DNA of 64,000 nucleotides from Octopus bimaculoides (taxonomy: Eukaryota): the NCBI RefSeq assembly GCF_001194135.2, contig NC_069000.1, forward strand, positions 13,074,488 through 13,138,487, written 5' to 3'. Both the position numbers and the translations under genes were made by a program. Numbering within the stretch: position 1 is the stretch's first letter; the number at the start of each line of letters is the position of its first letter. Shown piece by piece: positions 25,172 to 37,855 of the stretch. The notes beneath the pieces are model-generated. The model was not told the DNA's origin and searched no databases. It worked only from the letters and a program-made list of their open reading frames with translations.

Positions 25172-26470
25172 NNNNNNNNNNNNNNNNNNNNNNNNNNNNN
25201 NNNNNNNNNNNNNNNNNNNNNNNNNNNNNNNNNNNNNNNNNNNNNNNNNNNNNNNNNNNNNNNNNNNNNNNNNNNNNNNNNNNNNNNNNNNNNNNNNNNN
25301 NNNNNNNNNNNNNNNNNNNNNNNNNNNNNNNNNNNNNNNNNNNNNNNNNNNNNNNNNNNNNNNNNNNNNNNNNNNNNNNNNNNNNNNNNNNNNNNNNNNN
25401 NNNNNNNNNNNNNNNNNNNNNNNNNNNNNNNNNNNNNNNNNNNNNNNNNNNNNNNNNNNNNNNNNNNNNNNNNNNNNNNNNNNNNNNNNNNNNNNNNNNN
25501 NNNNNNNNNNNNNNNNNNNNNNNNNNNNNNNNNNNNNNNNNNNNNNNNNNNNNNNNNNNNNNNNNNNNNNNNNNNNNNNNNNNNNNNNNNNNNNNNNNNN
25601 NNNNNNNNNNNNNNNNNNNNNNNNNNNNNNNNNNNNNNNNNNNNNNNNNNNNNNNNNNNNNNNNNNNNNNNNNNNNNNNNNNNNNNNNNNNNNNNNNNNN
25701 NNNNNNNNNNNNNNNNNNNNNNNNNNNNNNNNNNNNNNNNNNNNNNNNNNNNNNNNNNNNNNNNNNNNNNNNNNNNNNNNNNNNNNNNNNNNNNNNATAT
25801 ATATATATATATATATACATGCACATACATATTAACTTGTGGTGACGAATGAAATGGCCAGTTTTCACGTGCGTGCATAAAAATTCGAGAAAACAAGAGG
25901 AAACTATTGGAAGGTGAAAGATATATTTATGACATGAAGACGTGAAAAAATCAAGACACAGTAGAAAGAGAATGGCGATTGCAAATCACTGAAGTTATTT
26001 GCAAAGTTACCTGAATAATACAGAAAACAACAAAAAATTTCTTCGTATTGAAATTCATTGTGTTGGTGGTTTTACTGTTTCTCTGTTTCACTTCATAAAA
26101 CAGTCAGGAGGAAAATTATATATGATATATGGACCTTTTGATAGTTAGATAGGAATTATATATATTTGTATGTATACATATGTGTTTGTGTGCATGTGCG
26201 GAGAGTATATGAAGGCGTGTGGCCTGGTGGTTAGGCTGTTGCATTCACGATCGCCAGATGGGGGGGGGGGGGNNNNNNNNNNNNNNNNNNNNNNNNNNNN
26301 NNNNNNNNNNNNNNNNNNNNNNNNNNNNNNNNNNNNNNNNNNNNNNNNNNNNNNNNNNNNNNNNNNNNNNNNNNNNNNNNNNNNNNNNNNNNNNNNNNNN
26401 NNNNNNNNNNNNNNNNNNNNNNNNNNNNNNNNNNNNNNNNNNNNNNNNNNNNNNNNNNNNNNNNNNNNNN

Positions 26471-26507
<37 letters not shown>

Positions 26508-26527
26508 ATGTGTGTGTACTTATGCAA

Positions 26528-26850
26528 ACACAGGCGTGGTTATTAAATAAGACCACATGGTTCCAGGTTTTGTCTTTCTTGTGCAAAGTGTCTTATGCTA
26601 TAGCCTCGGGCCAACTTGTGCTTGAAATAGGCATCCGAAAACTGAAAGAAACCCGTGTCCTTGTTTCTGTGTCTGTCCCCCACCACCACTTGACTGCCGC
26701 TGTTTGTTTGTTTACGTCTCCTTAATTTATCGTTTGGTCTAAAAGAAACCGATAGCATAAGTACAAGACTTCGAAAACAAAATGAGTACTGAGGTCGATT
26801 CATTCGACTAAAATTCCTCAGCATGGCCACAGTCTAATGAGTGAAAAGTT
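26528..26850 (+). mobile_element. Composite SINE family B (diverged, both modules)
   Basis: Core gtgtcttatgctatagcctcgggcc, then the second module accgatagcataagtac...gaggtcgattcattcgactaaaattcctcagcatggccacagtc. Confidence 0.7.
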
Positions 26851-27825
26851 GTTTAACCGTGAAGATCATTATCAACGCGTTTCCCTTGCAAATGTGTAGT
26901 CATCGATATGGGATATAATTAGTATATTTCTTTCAGTTTGATTGACGGTTAAATGGAAATTCTTTGTACATAAGAAAATATAAGGCTATCGATGATATTT
27001 CAAGTAATTGTTTTGTTACAAGAAATCTACTGTGTATTCAAATCAAGTCTGATCCGTTAATGCTTCATGAATTGAACTAGTATTAATACTCTACTTTTGG
27101 AGAATGAGGTGATATCTCTAACTGACGTCAGCACCAAATTTGTCAGCTGGCTCTGCAACTAACTGTATGATGTTTCTGCAGAATATGACTGAAAGCTCTA
27201 CGAAGACAAAGTGAAACATTCATTGGAGTGTCATTCTAAATTACCCCAGAATATTTATTTCGTCTCGTTGGTATACGTTAAGCATTGAAGCTGCGCCTGA
27301 GATTGTTCTACTGTACTTCCTTCTGCTGCAATTTCTACTGTATTTCTACTTCTTCTGATTGACTCTATGACTAGTTGAACAAAATGAAATAATCATCGCT
27401 AGAATATTAACAAAATGAAAGAATTATTTCCAGAATATTATCTTTATTGATTCCTTAAATTATGAATATTTCTAGTGAGATTTGAACTCAGAATCTACGT
27501 AAATTTTGCAGCTCCACATGAATGACGAATCAATCTTTTGTATGAAAACCCCACTTTAAATGATTTTTGCTGCCATTTTGTTTTTTCTTTGCGTAGTCGC
27601 TTTATAGAATTCACATTTTTCTTTCATGTACAAACTAGTTCTCTTACCATCATATCCGTAATTTATATCGGAGAAAACAAATATCTAAATAAATATCTCT
27701 CTCACTCGACTGTAAAAAGATATTCTCACATTTCTATGCGATATAAATATTATTTAAGACATTGAGAAGCCTCATTTCAAATAAACGAAAGGACTGAGTG
27801 TATATTGCCCTAAACAAAGTTCACA

Positions 27826-27871
<46 letters not shown>

Positions 27872-28180
27872 TACATATATATATACATACATATATACGC
27901 ATACATATATACATATATACATATATATACACACACATGCATAAACCACTTATATTATGTTAAAGATCAAAGAAATTGGACATCTGATCCCATATACAAG
28001 ATGGGCATCTGGTTGCATTGCCAATCCTCTGTGTTGATATAACCCAGCTATATATGTATTGAATGAGGTCTTTCCAGATAACCCAAGGTAACATAAAACT
28101 TCAGATCTGCACTGCTTTCCGAGGTTGTATAATGTCAGTGTTGAAATCTAAACTGGTGTCAGATATTTAAATACAAACAA

Positions 28181-28213
<33 letters not shown>

Positions 28214-29580
28214 CACACATACACACACATAACAAATAGTAAAAGCAAATACAACAATATTAAAAAAAAGCAAAGTTGAAACGAAGCAAAATATATATTT
28301 ATATGTGGGTTAGATTCACCCGATGGCAAATAGCTTTAATTTCCTTGGTAAAAAGTGAACAGCTGGTTGTTGTGGGTTGGACTTTCGTTTCTTTCAGCCA
28401 CTGTTCATATATAATCATAGGTGTTGTCGAAATATATTATACAAGCAGTGGTATATAAACATGAACGATAGCAATGTTTACATTGAATATGACAGGTAAT
28501 TCACGTTCTACGTTCATGAAAGATGTGTCAAACCTGAATTATACTTTATGTCAGGAAAGACCAAAGCAGAGAAAAATCGCTAGATGGGCTGATTTTCTTT
28601 CAGAACCAAATGTGGTGGATTTATGCAGTCGAAATTTTATTTTAGATTAATTGAGAAAATCGAAAGTAATCATATGGGAATTAATTACGAGTGAACAATT
28701 AACTATGTTATTTTTGATTCTGAATCTTGGAATTGCCAAATTTTTAGAGAAGACGTGGTTGTGTGAATCAACTTCATTTGCAGATAGAATTATAAAATCG
28801 ATCTGTAACTGCGACAAAACGTTGCAGATTTTTAGAGAAAGATTATAGTCATTAGGAAAGATAATATTCAATAAAGGGCGAAACGCATGCGACCTTAAGA
28901 TACCTGCTGATTATACGATGGATTTAAAAGAAATTTGGGGTTTGTACTCTAACTTATTGAAGAAGTAAATTGTAGCACAATAAAGCTTTTAGTCCAGCAG
29001 TCAGTTACTGTCTCCTGATTTAATTATTACTCAATTAGAATATCAATCTGAAGAGGCTGATGACAATCTGGAAGCTGATTTATGTTTTACTATTATTTAA
29101 ATATAAATAATCGAACTGTATAACATTTTTCTATCAGCTTTATACACGTTTATTTGACAGAAGAGTAATTAAGCGCAAAAAGATATTAATAGAAAACTGA
29201 ATACATTATTTAAAACTCCTACGTTTCGACTTCAAACTTATTTTTTCACTACAACAGATTTTAAACAAAACAATACATAAAGATATGTAAATATTTTTTT
29301 ACAGATTTTATTCTTACTTTTAGTCGGTGGTAAACTTAGATATTCCGGCATGTGGCTAAAAATGTCTGCCGATAGTGCTGTACATTAGCAATTTCTGACA
29401 CTGATATGATGAATGAATACGAAGCGACTTTGTAGGGTACGAAACCGTACATTGCTGAATATGATGGCAACAATTAGATTTTCAAACAAAATTTAGCGCC
29501 TGTTGAATAGATTATTAAAATGTCAATAACAAATAGAAATGATTTAACACAACGCACATACACACGTATGTATATATATT

Positions 29581-29868
29581 CGGCTGCTTCAGGTGAAAAT
29601 TGTCAAAGTGTAGTACAAGGGTTTAGCATTTTTCAAAAGTGTAGTAAGCCCCACATACGGCAGTTTTGCACAAATATTCCTAACTGAAAATATACATGCA
29701 TGGAGCTACGATTTTATGCACCCAAAAAAGTATTATTGCTGTTGTTAATGTAAGAAAATAGAAACTGTTGCTAATGTAAAAAAAAAAAATGGAACAATGA
29801 AACTACTTTTTCGTTTTCTGAAAAAAAGCAACGTTTAGGTCTTACGACACTTTTGCATAATAGCAACA
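29581..29868. mobile_element. Partial copy of the same MITE family
   Basis: Shares gctgcttcag...aaaattgtcaaagtgtagtacaa and the right end ttttcgttttctgaaaa...cttacgacacttttgcataatagcaac with 57617-57864. It has an extra internal segment and lacks the left TIR. Confidence 0.65.
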
Positions 29869-30368
29869 ATATATCTATATATATGCACGCATACATGTGT
29901 ATGTACATAGCTATGTATAATTATATATAAAGTGTTATTGATAACAAGCAGGACATTTCATCTGGAGCTGATTTTACTCCTATCTATGTGAAACATCTTG
30001 CAAGTTGTCAGCAAATCTGACTCTGACAAGCTTCACAGCAATTATATCTGGGCAAACAATATGGCGAGACGATTAACCCAAATTTATATTTCTGCTCTCG
30101 TGGATTACGTATGAATATTCAAGTTTTACTGGACATTACAATTCTACTATGGACTTTCCCTAATTCACTGGAGCATCTTTACTAACCATTGGCAATCAAA
30201 CTATGCATATCCGTCTTACTTATCAGATAAACTTGCTACTAGTTTAGTAAAAGCAGACAGTCATATATTAATAATTCGAGTGGAGAAGCCGCATTGCGTT
30301 CGTTCAAATTTGAAGTTATAATATTCAATAACGATTATATTATGTAATATAAATATTAATTGTGCAAT

Positions 30369-30431
<63 letters not shown>

Positions 30432-30924
30432 CATTTATTAATATTCTAAGCGTTAATTATCAATTCTGCATTCAACTAGAATGTGATATCTTGCTTCATT
30501 AGATATTAGTTGATACAACTTGATTCTACAGAGAACTAATTTGTCGATAAATTCAAGTGGGAGCTACTAGCGAGTGAATGAGGACACAACGTTCAGTAAC
30601 ATTTATATTTAATTTCAGAAAATCAAGAAAGCCAAACAAAGTTCGTAACGGAGTCCTCGTCGGTTTCGACGATGACCATTCAGACCTTCGATGAACTGAA
30701 TTTCTCCTAAGTGTGAAATTAACGTGTAAGTTGGCTGAATATACCTGGAACAATTTAAGTATACATAACACAATTTTGAGCTTCGTTGACTCATAGAACT
30801 ATTGCCAAATAATATCTGACATTATCCACAGATATATGTACATCATGTTCAATTTATTTGTACAGATATTTTAATTACGATTGAAGTGAAATGCAAAACT
30901 GTTAATAAGAAAACTTTTAATATA

Positions 30925-31410
30925 AACCTTTCATCCTTTAGGGGTCGATAAAATAAATAACAGTTCAGCATTGGTTTAATGTAATCGACTTGTAAATTTC
31001 TGGCTCTGTGCTAAAATTTAGAACCAATATAAGCCTGGAAATGGGTAGCGATACGAAAATACCAAGTCCGTTCTCGGTTGACTAATTACACAATCAAATT
31101 TTGATTCTATTTCTTATTTCATTTTCTCCATACCTTTACGGCATTGGATGAATATAAATACTTGAATCTCCAGTTTTTCGCTCGTTATTGTGTCATGCTT
31201 TGTGCCTAAGTAAGAGACATTTGTTAGCATTTGTTAGATAAGGCTGCAATCTGATAGAAAGTTTTGAGTTCAAATTCCGCCGGGGTCGACTTTGCCTTTC
31301 ATCATTTCGGAATCGATAAAATAAGTAACATTTCAGCATCAGGGCTGATGATATTCACGTTACACTGTCCCTTAAATTGCTGAACTTGTGCCAGAATTCG
31401 AAACCATCTC
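30925..31410 (+). mobile_element. Two 5'-truncated SINE family A fragments (30925-31030, 31260-31410)
   Basis: cctttcatcctttaggggtcgataaaa and gagttcaaattccgccggggtcgactttgcctttcatc. Confidence 0.75.
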
Positions 31411-32384
31411 TAACCAGAACAACTTTGTAAATCACACAGCGACGTTTCTCAAAATGGAGTTTAATTCAACGAGTGGATTACAGATCATATAATTCTGCCT
31501 CTAAATTAAAATTATCAAAAAGAATTAATTATTTCAATCGGATTGTGCATTCCTTAGAATAAAACTCATTGACAGAAACTTGATCATGCAGAAAAGGGAA
31601 GAAGAAGAGGAGGCGACAAAAACTAGACGTATGAGAGAATGCACGTTACAGAAGACGAGCAGCATGACTGAGAGTGCGCCACTAGCTTACTAATTAGACT
31701 GTTAACCTCATGGGCACATGCTACACAGACTCCGGCCTGACGATAAGGACCAAATCTACCATCTCTTGGGTCAAAAATTAACAATTTAAAATTTTCAATG
31801 TAATTTATTTTCTTCAAATGATTCTAATTGCCAATAATATTCACGTGCTAAATGAGGAAATTAAATTTTACTTTTGTCTCTAATGCTGAAATTTTAATTT
31901 GATAAATAGATTAGAATAAAATATTTCAGCTGGGGGCATTAATTATAAGCAATTATAATAAAACATATGTAAAAAATACCACGATTTGACTTAGATCTTC
32001 ATCAACATATCGTTGACAAGAGCCATAAAATTTGGCGGGAATTAAGCATAATGAGTAGAATAGGGAAGTAGCGCATGTTATAGTAAAAATGCTCCTTGAG
32101 CCGAGGCAGTTGTGACTGAGGGGAGGGGTACTTTGCTACATATTATGTTGAACGTGAATGTTGTATTGGTAGATATGTCAGAGGTGAAACTAGGTGGTGG
32201 ATCGCTGAGTGAAAACAACTGGAGATAGTTTTGAGAGTGGTGATTTTCATCATAAAATGTTAGTGAAATCTTTTATCTTGTAAATGCTTCAATCATTTAA
32301 CTGCAGTCATACTGGGGCACAGATTTGAAGGGTTCTAATCGAACGAACCGTCTCCATTACTTATCAATTTAAATCTATCACTTA

Positions 32385-32695
32385 TCAATTTGTGTAGGGC
32401 GCAGTTAAGCGAGAGATCAACAAAACTCCTTGTAACACCAAAGATGAATTGAAGGCAAGGATTATGGTAGCATTCACAATCTGAAACACGGAGACGGTCC
32501 AGAAGAGTTGCAGGAGATTCCGAAGACTTCTGATGGTCGTGGTTGAAGTCAATGGCGATTTTATTGATTAAATTTACTGTTTCGTATTTCAAGATATTGT
32601 TTATGAAATTTTGGTAAACATATCTGTTAAAATCAGATGTCAGAGTCATTTTCATTTTTGCGTAATTTAGACGACAGTTTATTCACCGCACCTTG
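32385..32695 (+). mobile_element. Tc1/mariner (probably maT/DD37D-like) transposase C-terminus with right TIR
   Basis: Translates FV*GAVKREINKTPCNTKDELKARIMVAFTI*NTETVQKSCRRFRRLLMVVVEVNGDFID*, a typical end of IS630-Tc1-mariner transposases. A 26-bp TIR-like end lies at 32670-32695, next to TA repeats. The subfamily cannot be confirmed because DD-D spacing is not countable here. Confidence 0.8.
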
Positions 32696-32721
32696 AATAT
32701 ATATATATATATATATATATA

Positions 32722-32893
32722 TCTGTGTGCGTAAGACGGGCCTCATTCAGTTGCCGTTTAGCAAATTTACTCACAAGGCTTTGGTCGACCGAAACTATTG
32801 TAGAAAACACATGCCCAAGCTGCCACGCAGTGCGATTGAACTTGGAATCAATCACGTGGTTGACAAGCAAACTTCTTACCATAAAACCACGCC
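32722..32893 (-). mobile_element. SINE family B (head plus core)
   Basis: Reverse complement of caggcgtggt...gtaagaagtttgcttg...cactgcgtggcagcttgggcatgtg. Confidence 0.75.
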
Positions 32894-33161
32894 TGATCCT
32901 ATTTAAGGAAAAGGTAGAAGCAGTGTAACAATCATGTTAACAGAGCAACGCGAGAGGAAGTTGTCGATGGCAACAGAACACGTAATGAAATTCTCTTCAC
33001 CCTCACATAAAATTCTCTTCATCCTCACATATAAAACTAATCAACCATACCAATTACAACTAATAAAACACATTAATAAGTTGTAACCAGCCTCGCCTAT
33101 TAGACCACAATACTAATACGTAGCGTCGCCTACTTTTTCAAACATCACTAATCACCCAAAA

Positions 33162-33194
33162 ACTACTACTACTACTACTAATAGTACCACCACC

Positions 33195-33241
<47 letters not shown>

Positions 33242-33321
33242 CACTACTACTACTGTTGCTGCTGCTGCTATTGCTGTGATGACTGTTGCTACTACTTCTA
33301 CTACTTCCACTACTGTTACTA

Positions 33322-33354
<33 letters not shown>

Positions 33355-33431
33355 TTGCTGTGATGACTGTTACTACTACTTCTACTACTGTTACTACTAA
33401 TATTACCAACACCACCACCACCACCACCACC

Positions 33432-33462
<31 letters not shown>

Positions 33463-33531
33463 TTGCTGTGATAACTACTACTACTACTGCTACTATTGCT
33501 GCTACTGTGACTACCACTACTACTGCTGCTG

Positions 33532-33577
<46 letters not shown>

Positions 33578-33611
33578 CACTGCTGCTGCTGTTACTACTA
33601 CTACTACTACA

Positions 33612-33642
<31 letters not shown>

Positions 33643-33650
33643 TTGCTACG
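33162..33650. repeat. Compound trinucleotide array (ACT/GCT/ACC) with higher-order repeats
   Basis: Seen directly; it explains the poly-S/T/V ORFs. Confidence 0.95.
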
Positions 33651-33767
33651 ATTACGTCTACTGATCACATCACTTCCTGCATCTGCTAACTAGAAGTCAT
33701 TCTCGTTAACATGCAAAACGAAAGAAAGTGAAGCGATATAAGACACACACACACACACACACGCACA

Positions 33768-33803
<36 letters not shown>

Positions 33804-34344
33804 TACACACATACACACGTACGTACACACACACACACNNNNNNNNNNNNNNNNNNNNNNNNNNNNNNNNNNNNNNNNNNNNNNNNNNNNNNNNNNNNNN
33901 NNNNNNNNNNNNNNNNNNNNNNNNNNNNNNNNNNNNNNNNNNNNNNNNNNNNNNNNNNNNNNNNNNNNNNNNNNNNNNNNNNNNNNNNNNNNNNNNNNNN
34001 NNNNNNNNNNNNNNNNNNNNNNNNNNNNNNNNNNNNNNNNNNNNNNNNNNNNNNNNNNNNNNNNNNNNNNNNNNNNNNNNNNNNNNNNNNNNNNNNNNNN
34101 NNNNNNNNNNNNNNNNNNNNNNNNNNNNNNNNNNNNNNNNNNNNNNNNNNNNNNNNNNNNGCAAAAATGCAGCTAAACTGCAATTTGCATAGCTGCTGTT
34201 TGCGATCCTATTAAAGGGGCTTTCATCGACACAATAACATTGATGTTATTGTTGATGCTGACGATGATGACGATAATGATGACGAAGACAACGACGGTGG
34301 TGGTGGTGGTGGTGGAGGTGGCGGTGGTGGTAGTTGTAATGGTT

Positions 34345-34568
34345 ACTCTCTTTTACTTGTTTCAGTCATTTGACTGCGGCCATGATGGAGCACCGCCTTT
34401 AGTCGAGCAAATCGACTCCAGGACTTGTTCTTTGTAAGCCTAGTACTTATTCTACCGGTCTCTTTTGCCGAACCGTTAGGTTACGGGGATGTAAACACAC
34501 CACCATCGTTGGTCAAGCGATGTTGGGGGGACAAACACAGCCACGCAAACATATACACATACACACAT

Positions 34569-34626
<58 letters not shown>

Positions 34627-34800
34627 GACAGGCTTCTTTCAGTTTCCGTCTACCAAATCCACTCACAAGGCTTTGGTTGGCCCGAGGCTATAGTAGAAGA
34701 CACTTGCCCAAGGTGCCACGCAGTGGGAATGAACCCGGATCCATGTGGTGGTGATTATGGTGGTGGTGAAGCTTCTTCAGTAACCATATAGCTGCCCAGT
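34345..34800 (-). mobile_element. Full composite SINE family B with internal (CA/TA)n tract
   Basis: Core at 34626-34750, microsatellite at about 34550-34625, second module and tail (ggcggtgctccatcatggccgcagtcaaatgactgaaacaagtaaaaga) at 34345-34550. Confidence 0.85.
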
Positions 34801-36416
34801 AACAAAATATGTGCATACTACTTAAATAAAAGTCATTATGAAGAAACAATAAACTGTTGTATCTCGGGAGGGTCAGTATGCCAATAATAGACACAAACAC
34901 CGCTTCTATTTCATTACGTTATTTTTTATTTCTGAATTGGTTAACCAATTAACCAATTGACTAATGGGCTAACTGCTGAATCAATCAGTCTATCAGCTAG
35001 GTTTGCAACGAAAGAGCAACGAAACCTGGCTGACTGACCAAACGATTAGTCAAACAGTCGAATAATTAATTGGTTATATGTTTAAACAACTGACAAATCA
35101 AAATACAGAAGTGCAATAGTACCAGGGTGTGTGTTTATTATTGACGTAATGACCCTCCCAGGATACAAAGAAATATGTTTCAACGCACGAGTTCGCGCCA
35201 GAAATCTTGCGAACATGATACAAACATGAAACAGAAACAATATATATATTTTTAGGAAAAACCTTTTTATGATTGGATGTTTTCTGTATCTCGAGCAATT
35301 CCACAAAACTGTGAGATGCATACGTCATACATTTCAACATTTTTACTCAACACGTATTGTGTTGGTTATGATAGTTTTTACCTCTACCTCATCTATCATT
35401 TCGGAATATTTTTTGTCATTTATGTTGCTTCAGAGAACCAATTTAGAACGCATACTGTCATACCTGAACATCCCTCTAACGCTTTCAACTCTAGCAGCTG
35501 TTAGCTTGGTAGCGAATGCGGAAAGTTGTTAGAGGGTCGGATAAGATGTTTTCTGGCATCTGTTCCGGCGTTTTTAGTTAAAATCCATTGCAGGCCAGCT
35601 TTGTCTTTCATCCTTTTAGAAATAATAAACTACCGGACCATACTAAGTTCGATTCTTCCTTTCTCATATTCTCTCTCTGTCTGTCTCTGCAATAAATTAG
35701 CTGGTTAAATCTGGACAAGAATGGATTCTGATGATGACGATGCGGAATTGACCATACGTAGTTGGTGTCAGCATGAAATTTCATCATTGATTTTTTGGGA
35801 AAAGTCTTTCGATATGAGCACATAATATGAAGTGTGTCTATTTTGTGTTCCTGACGGAGTAGGGAATTTATCCTCAACATAATAAACGTTACAGATGTTT
35901 TCGTTCTCACTTTACCCATTTATTTTCTATTCATTTTCTATAATGTGACCCTCTTTTCTCTCTCTCCCTTTTTTTATTCTCTCCCCTTTCCATTTTCCAT
36001 TCTTGTAAGCACATATGACGTTTTCTTCGCCTTCAAAACGAAATATCTATCGTAGCACACACTAACATTTCTGCTTTTCTACACACACGTTAGCATACAG
36101 GAAATCACACACGCAGTGAAGAACAATGTCAAAAGTAATAGGAAAAAAAAACCCTGAAAACAATAAGTGTGTCTGTCTCTCAAATTATATTAAGTCTCAC
36201 TGTTCACGACCCCTTAAAAACTCAACCAAATGGAAGGGCACATTAACGACACACAGTCAGAAGTTATGCAAAGCTAAACTACTTCTCTAAACATACAAGC
36301 ACACAATCACATACATACACACAGACGGGCACAAAACACACTCACACTTGCATACACACGCACGCACACACACACACATTACACATTGTCGTCATATATG
36401 TTTGGTCTATATTTCT

Positions 36417-36452
<36 letters not shown>

Positions 36453-36873
36453 TGCATTTATGCGTGTGTGTATATATATANNNNNNNNNNNNNNNNNNNN
36501 NNNNNNNNNNNNNNNNNNNNNNNNNNNNNNNNNNNNNNNNNNNNNNNNNNNNNNNNNNNNNNNNNNNNNNNNNNNNNNNNNNNNNNNNNNNNNNNNNNNN
36601 NNNNNNNNNNNNNNNNNNNNNNNNNNNNNNNNNNNNNNNNNNNNNNNNNNNNNNNNNNNNNNNNNNNNNNNNNNNNNNNNNNNNNNNNNNNNNNNNNNNN
36701 NNNNNNNNNNNNNNNNNNNNNNNNNNNNNNNNNNNNNNNNNNNNNNNNNNNNNNNNNNNNNNNNNNNNNNNNNNNNNNNNNNNNNNNNNNNNNNNNNNNN
36801 NNNNNNNNNNNNNNNNNNNNNNNNNNNNNNNNNNNNNNNNNNNNNNNNNNNNNNNNNNNNNNNNNNNNNNNNN

Positions 36874-36924
<51 letters not shown>

Positions 36925-37528
36925 AATATATACAACATTTATTCATTTATTTATTTATCGATGTATGTATATACACACACACATATGCAGAATGAAAGAC
37001 AGAGAGAGACAGAGACAGACACACAGACAGACTGAGATGTCAAACCTGTCATCTGCAAGTGAATATGATGCGGTAACTTGTACAATGCTTTTGCTAATTG
37101 TTTATGCGTCTAACGGGCAGATATAACAATAATATTATCTTAGTGTAAAGTATCTTGGTAGGAACATTGGGAAACATGACATAAGTCCATGACAAGTGTG
37201 AAGTTATGAAATATAATGAGAGCTACAATGTAAGTGCACTAACAAAAGAAAAAATACTACCTTATTGGTATAGTAAATGTAGACATACATTAAATATTCA
37301 TATTTAGGTAAATATGTACATATATAAATATTCTCCGGACATATACTTGTGCTTCTAACACTTGCAGAAGAACCGTTTGACGTAAGTAGTACTCAGATGC
37401 TTATATATATAAAGCAGATGATGCCAGTACAATATAGAAATTTAAAGTAAAAAATATGTAGATTTCTAATATCATTTCTTTATATTTTGCTGGTAGTTTA
37501 CAGGCGTAAATTTGCGAATATGAAAATA

Positions 37529-37741
37529 ATACTCGTATATGGTGCGTTATGTGAATTTATGGAAAGATATCCCATAAAACTCAACAATTTTGCTAAAATG
37601 GAGAAGAGAAGATGTTAGAATATTTAAGAGAATTAAAATTCACTTATATATTTTAACATCTTCTCTTCCCCATTTTAAACAAAATTGTTGAGTATTATGG
37701 GATTTCTTTCCATAAATTCACAATACATCATATACAAGTAT
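37529..37741. repeat. Long foldback inverted repeat (about 95-bp arms, about 24-nt loop)
   Basis: 37529-37623 is the near-perfect reverse complement of 37648-37741. Confidence 0.9.
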
Positions 37742-37855
37742 ATATATATACACATATATATATAATATCTGTATAATATCTGTATAATATATATGTATAT
37801 CTGTATAATATCTGTATAAAATATATATATCTGTATGTCTATAATACATATATTC

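Noticed and set aside
28398-28665. Two phase-compatible plus-strand exon candidates (28398-28495, 28604-28665; ...TKCGGFM...) as the missing CUB middle
   Set aside because: The splice signals are acceptable, but the peptides are AT-biased and lack the expected CUB pattern, so chance cannot be excluded.
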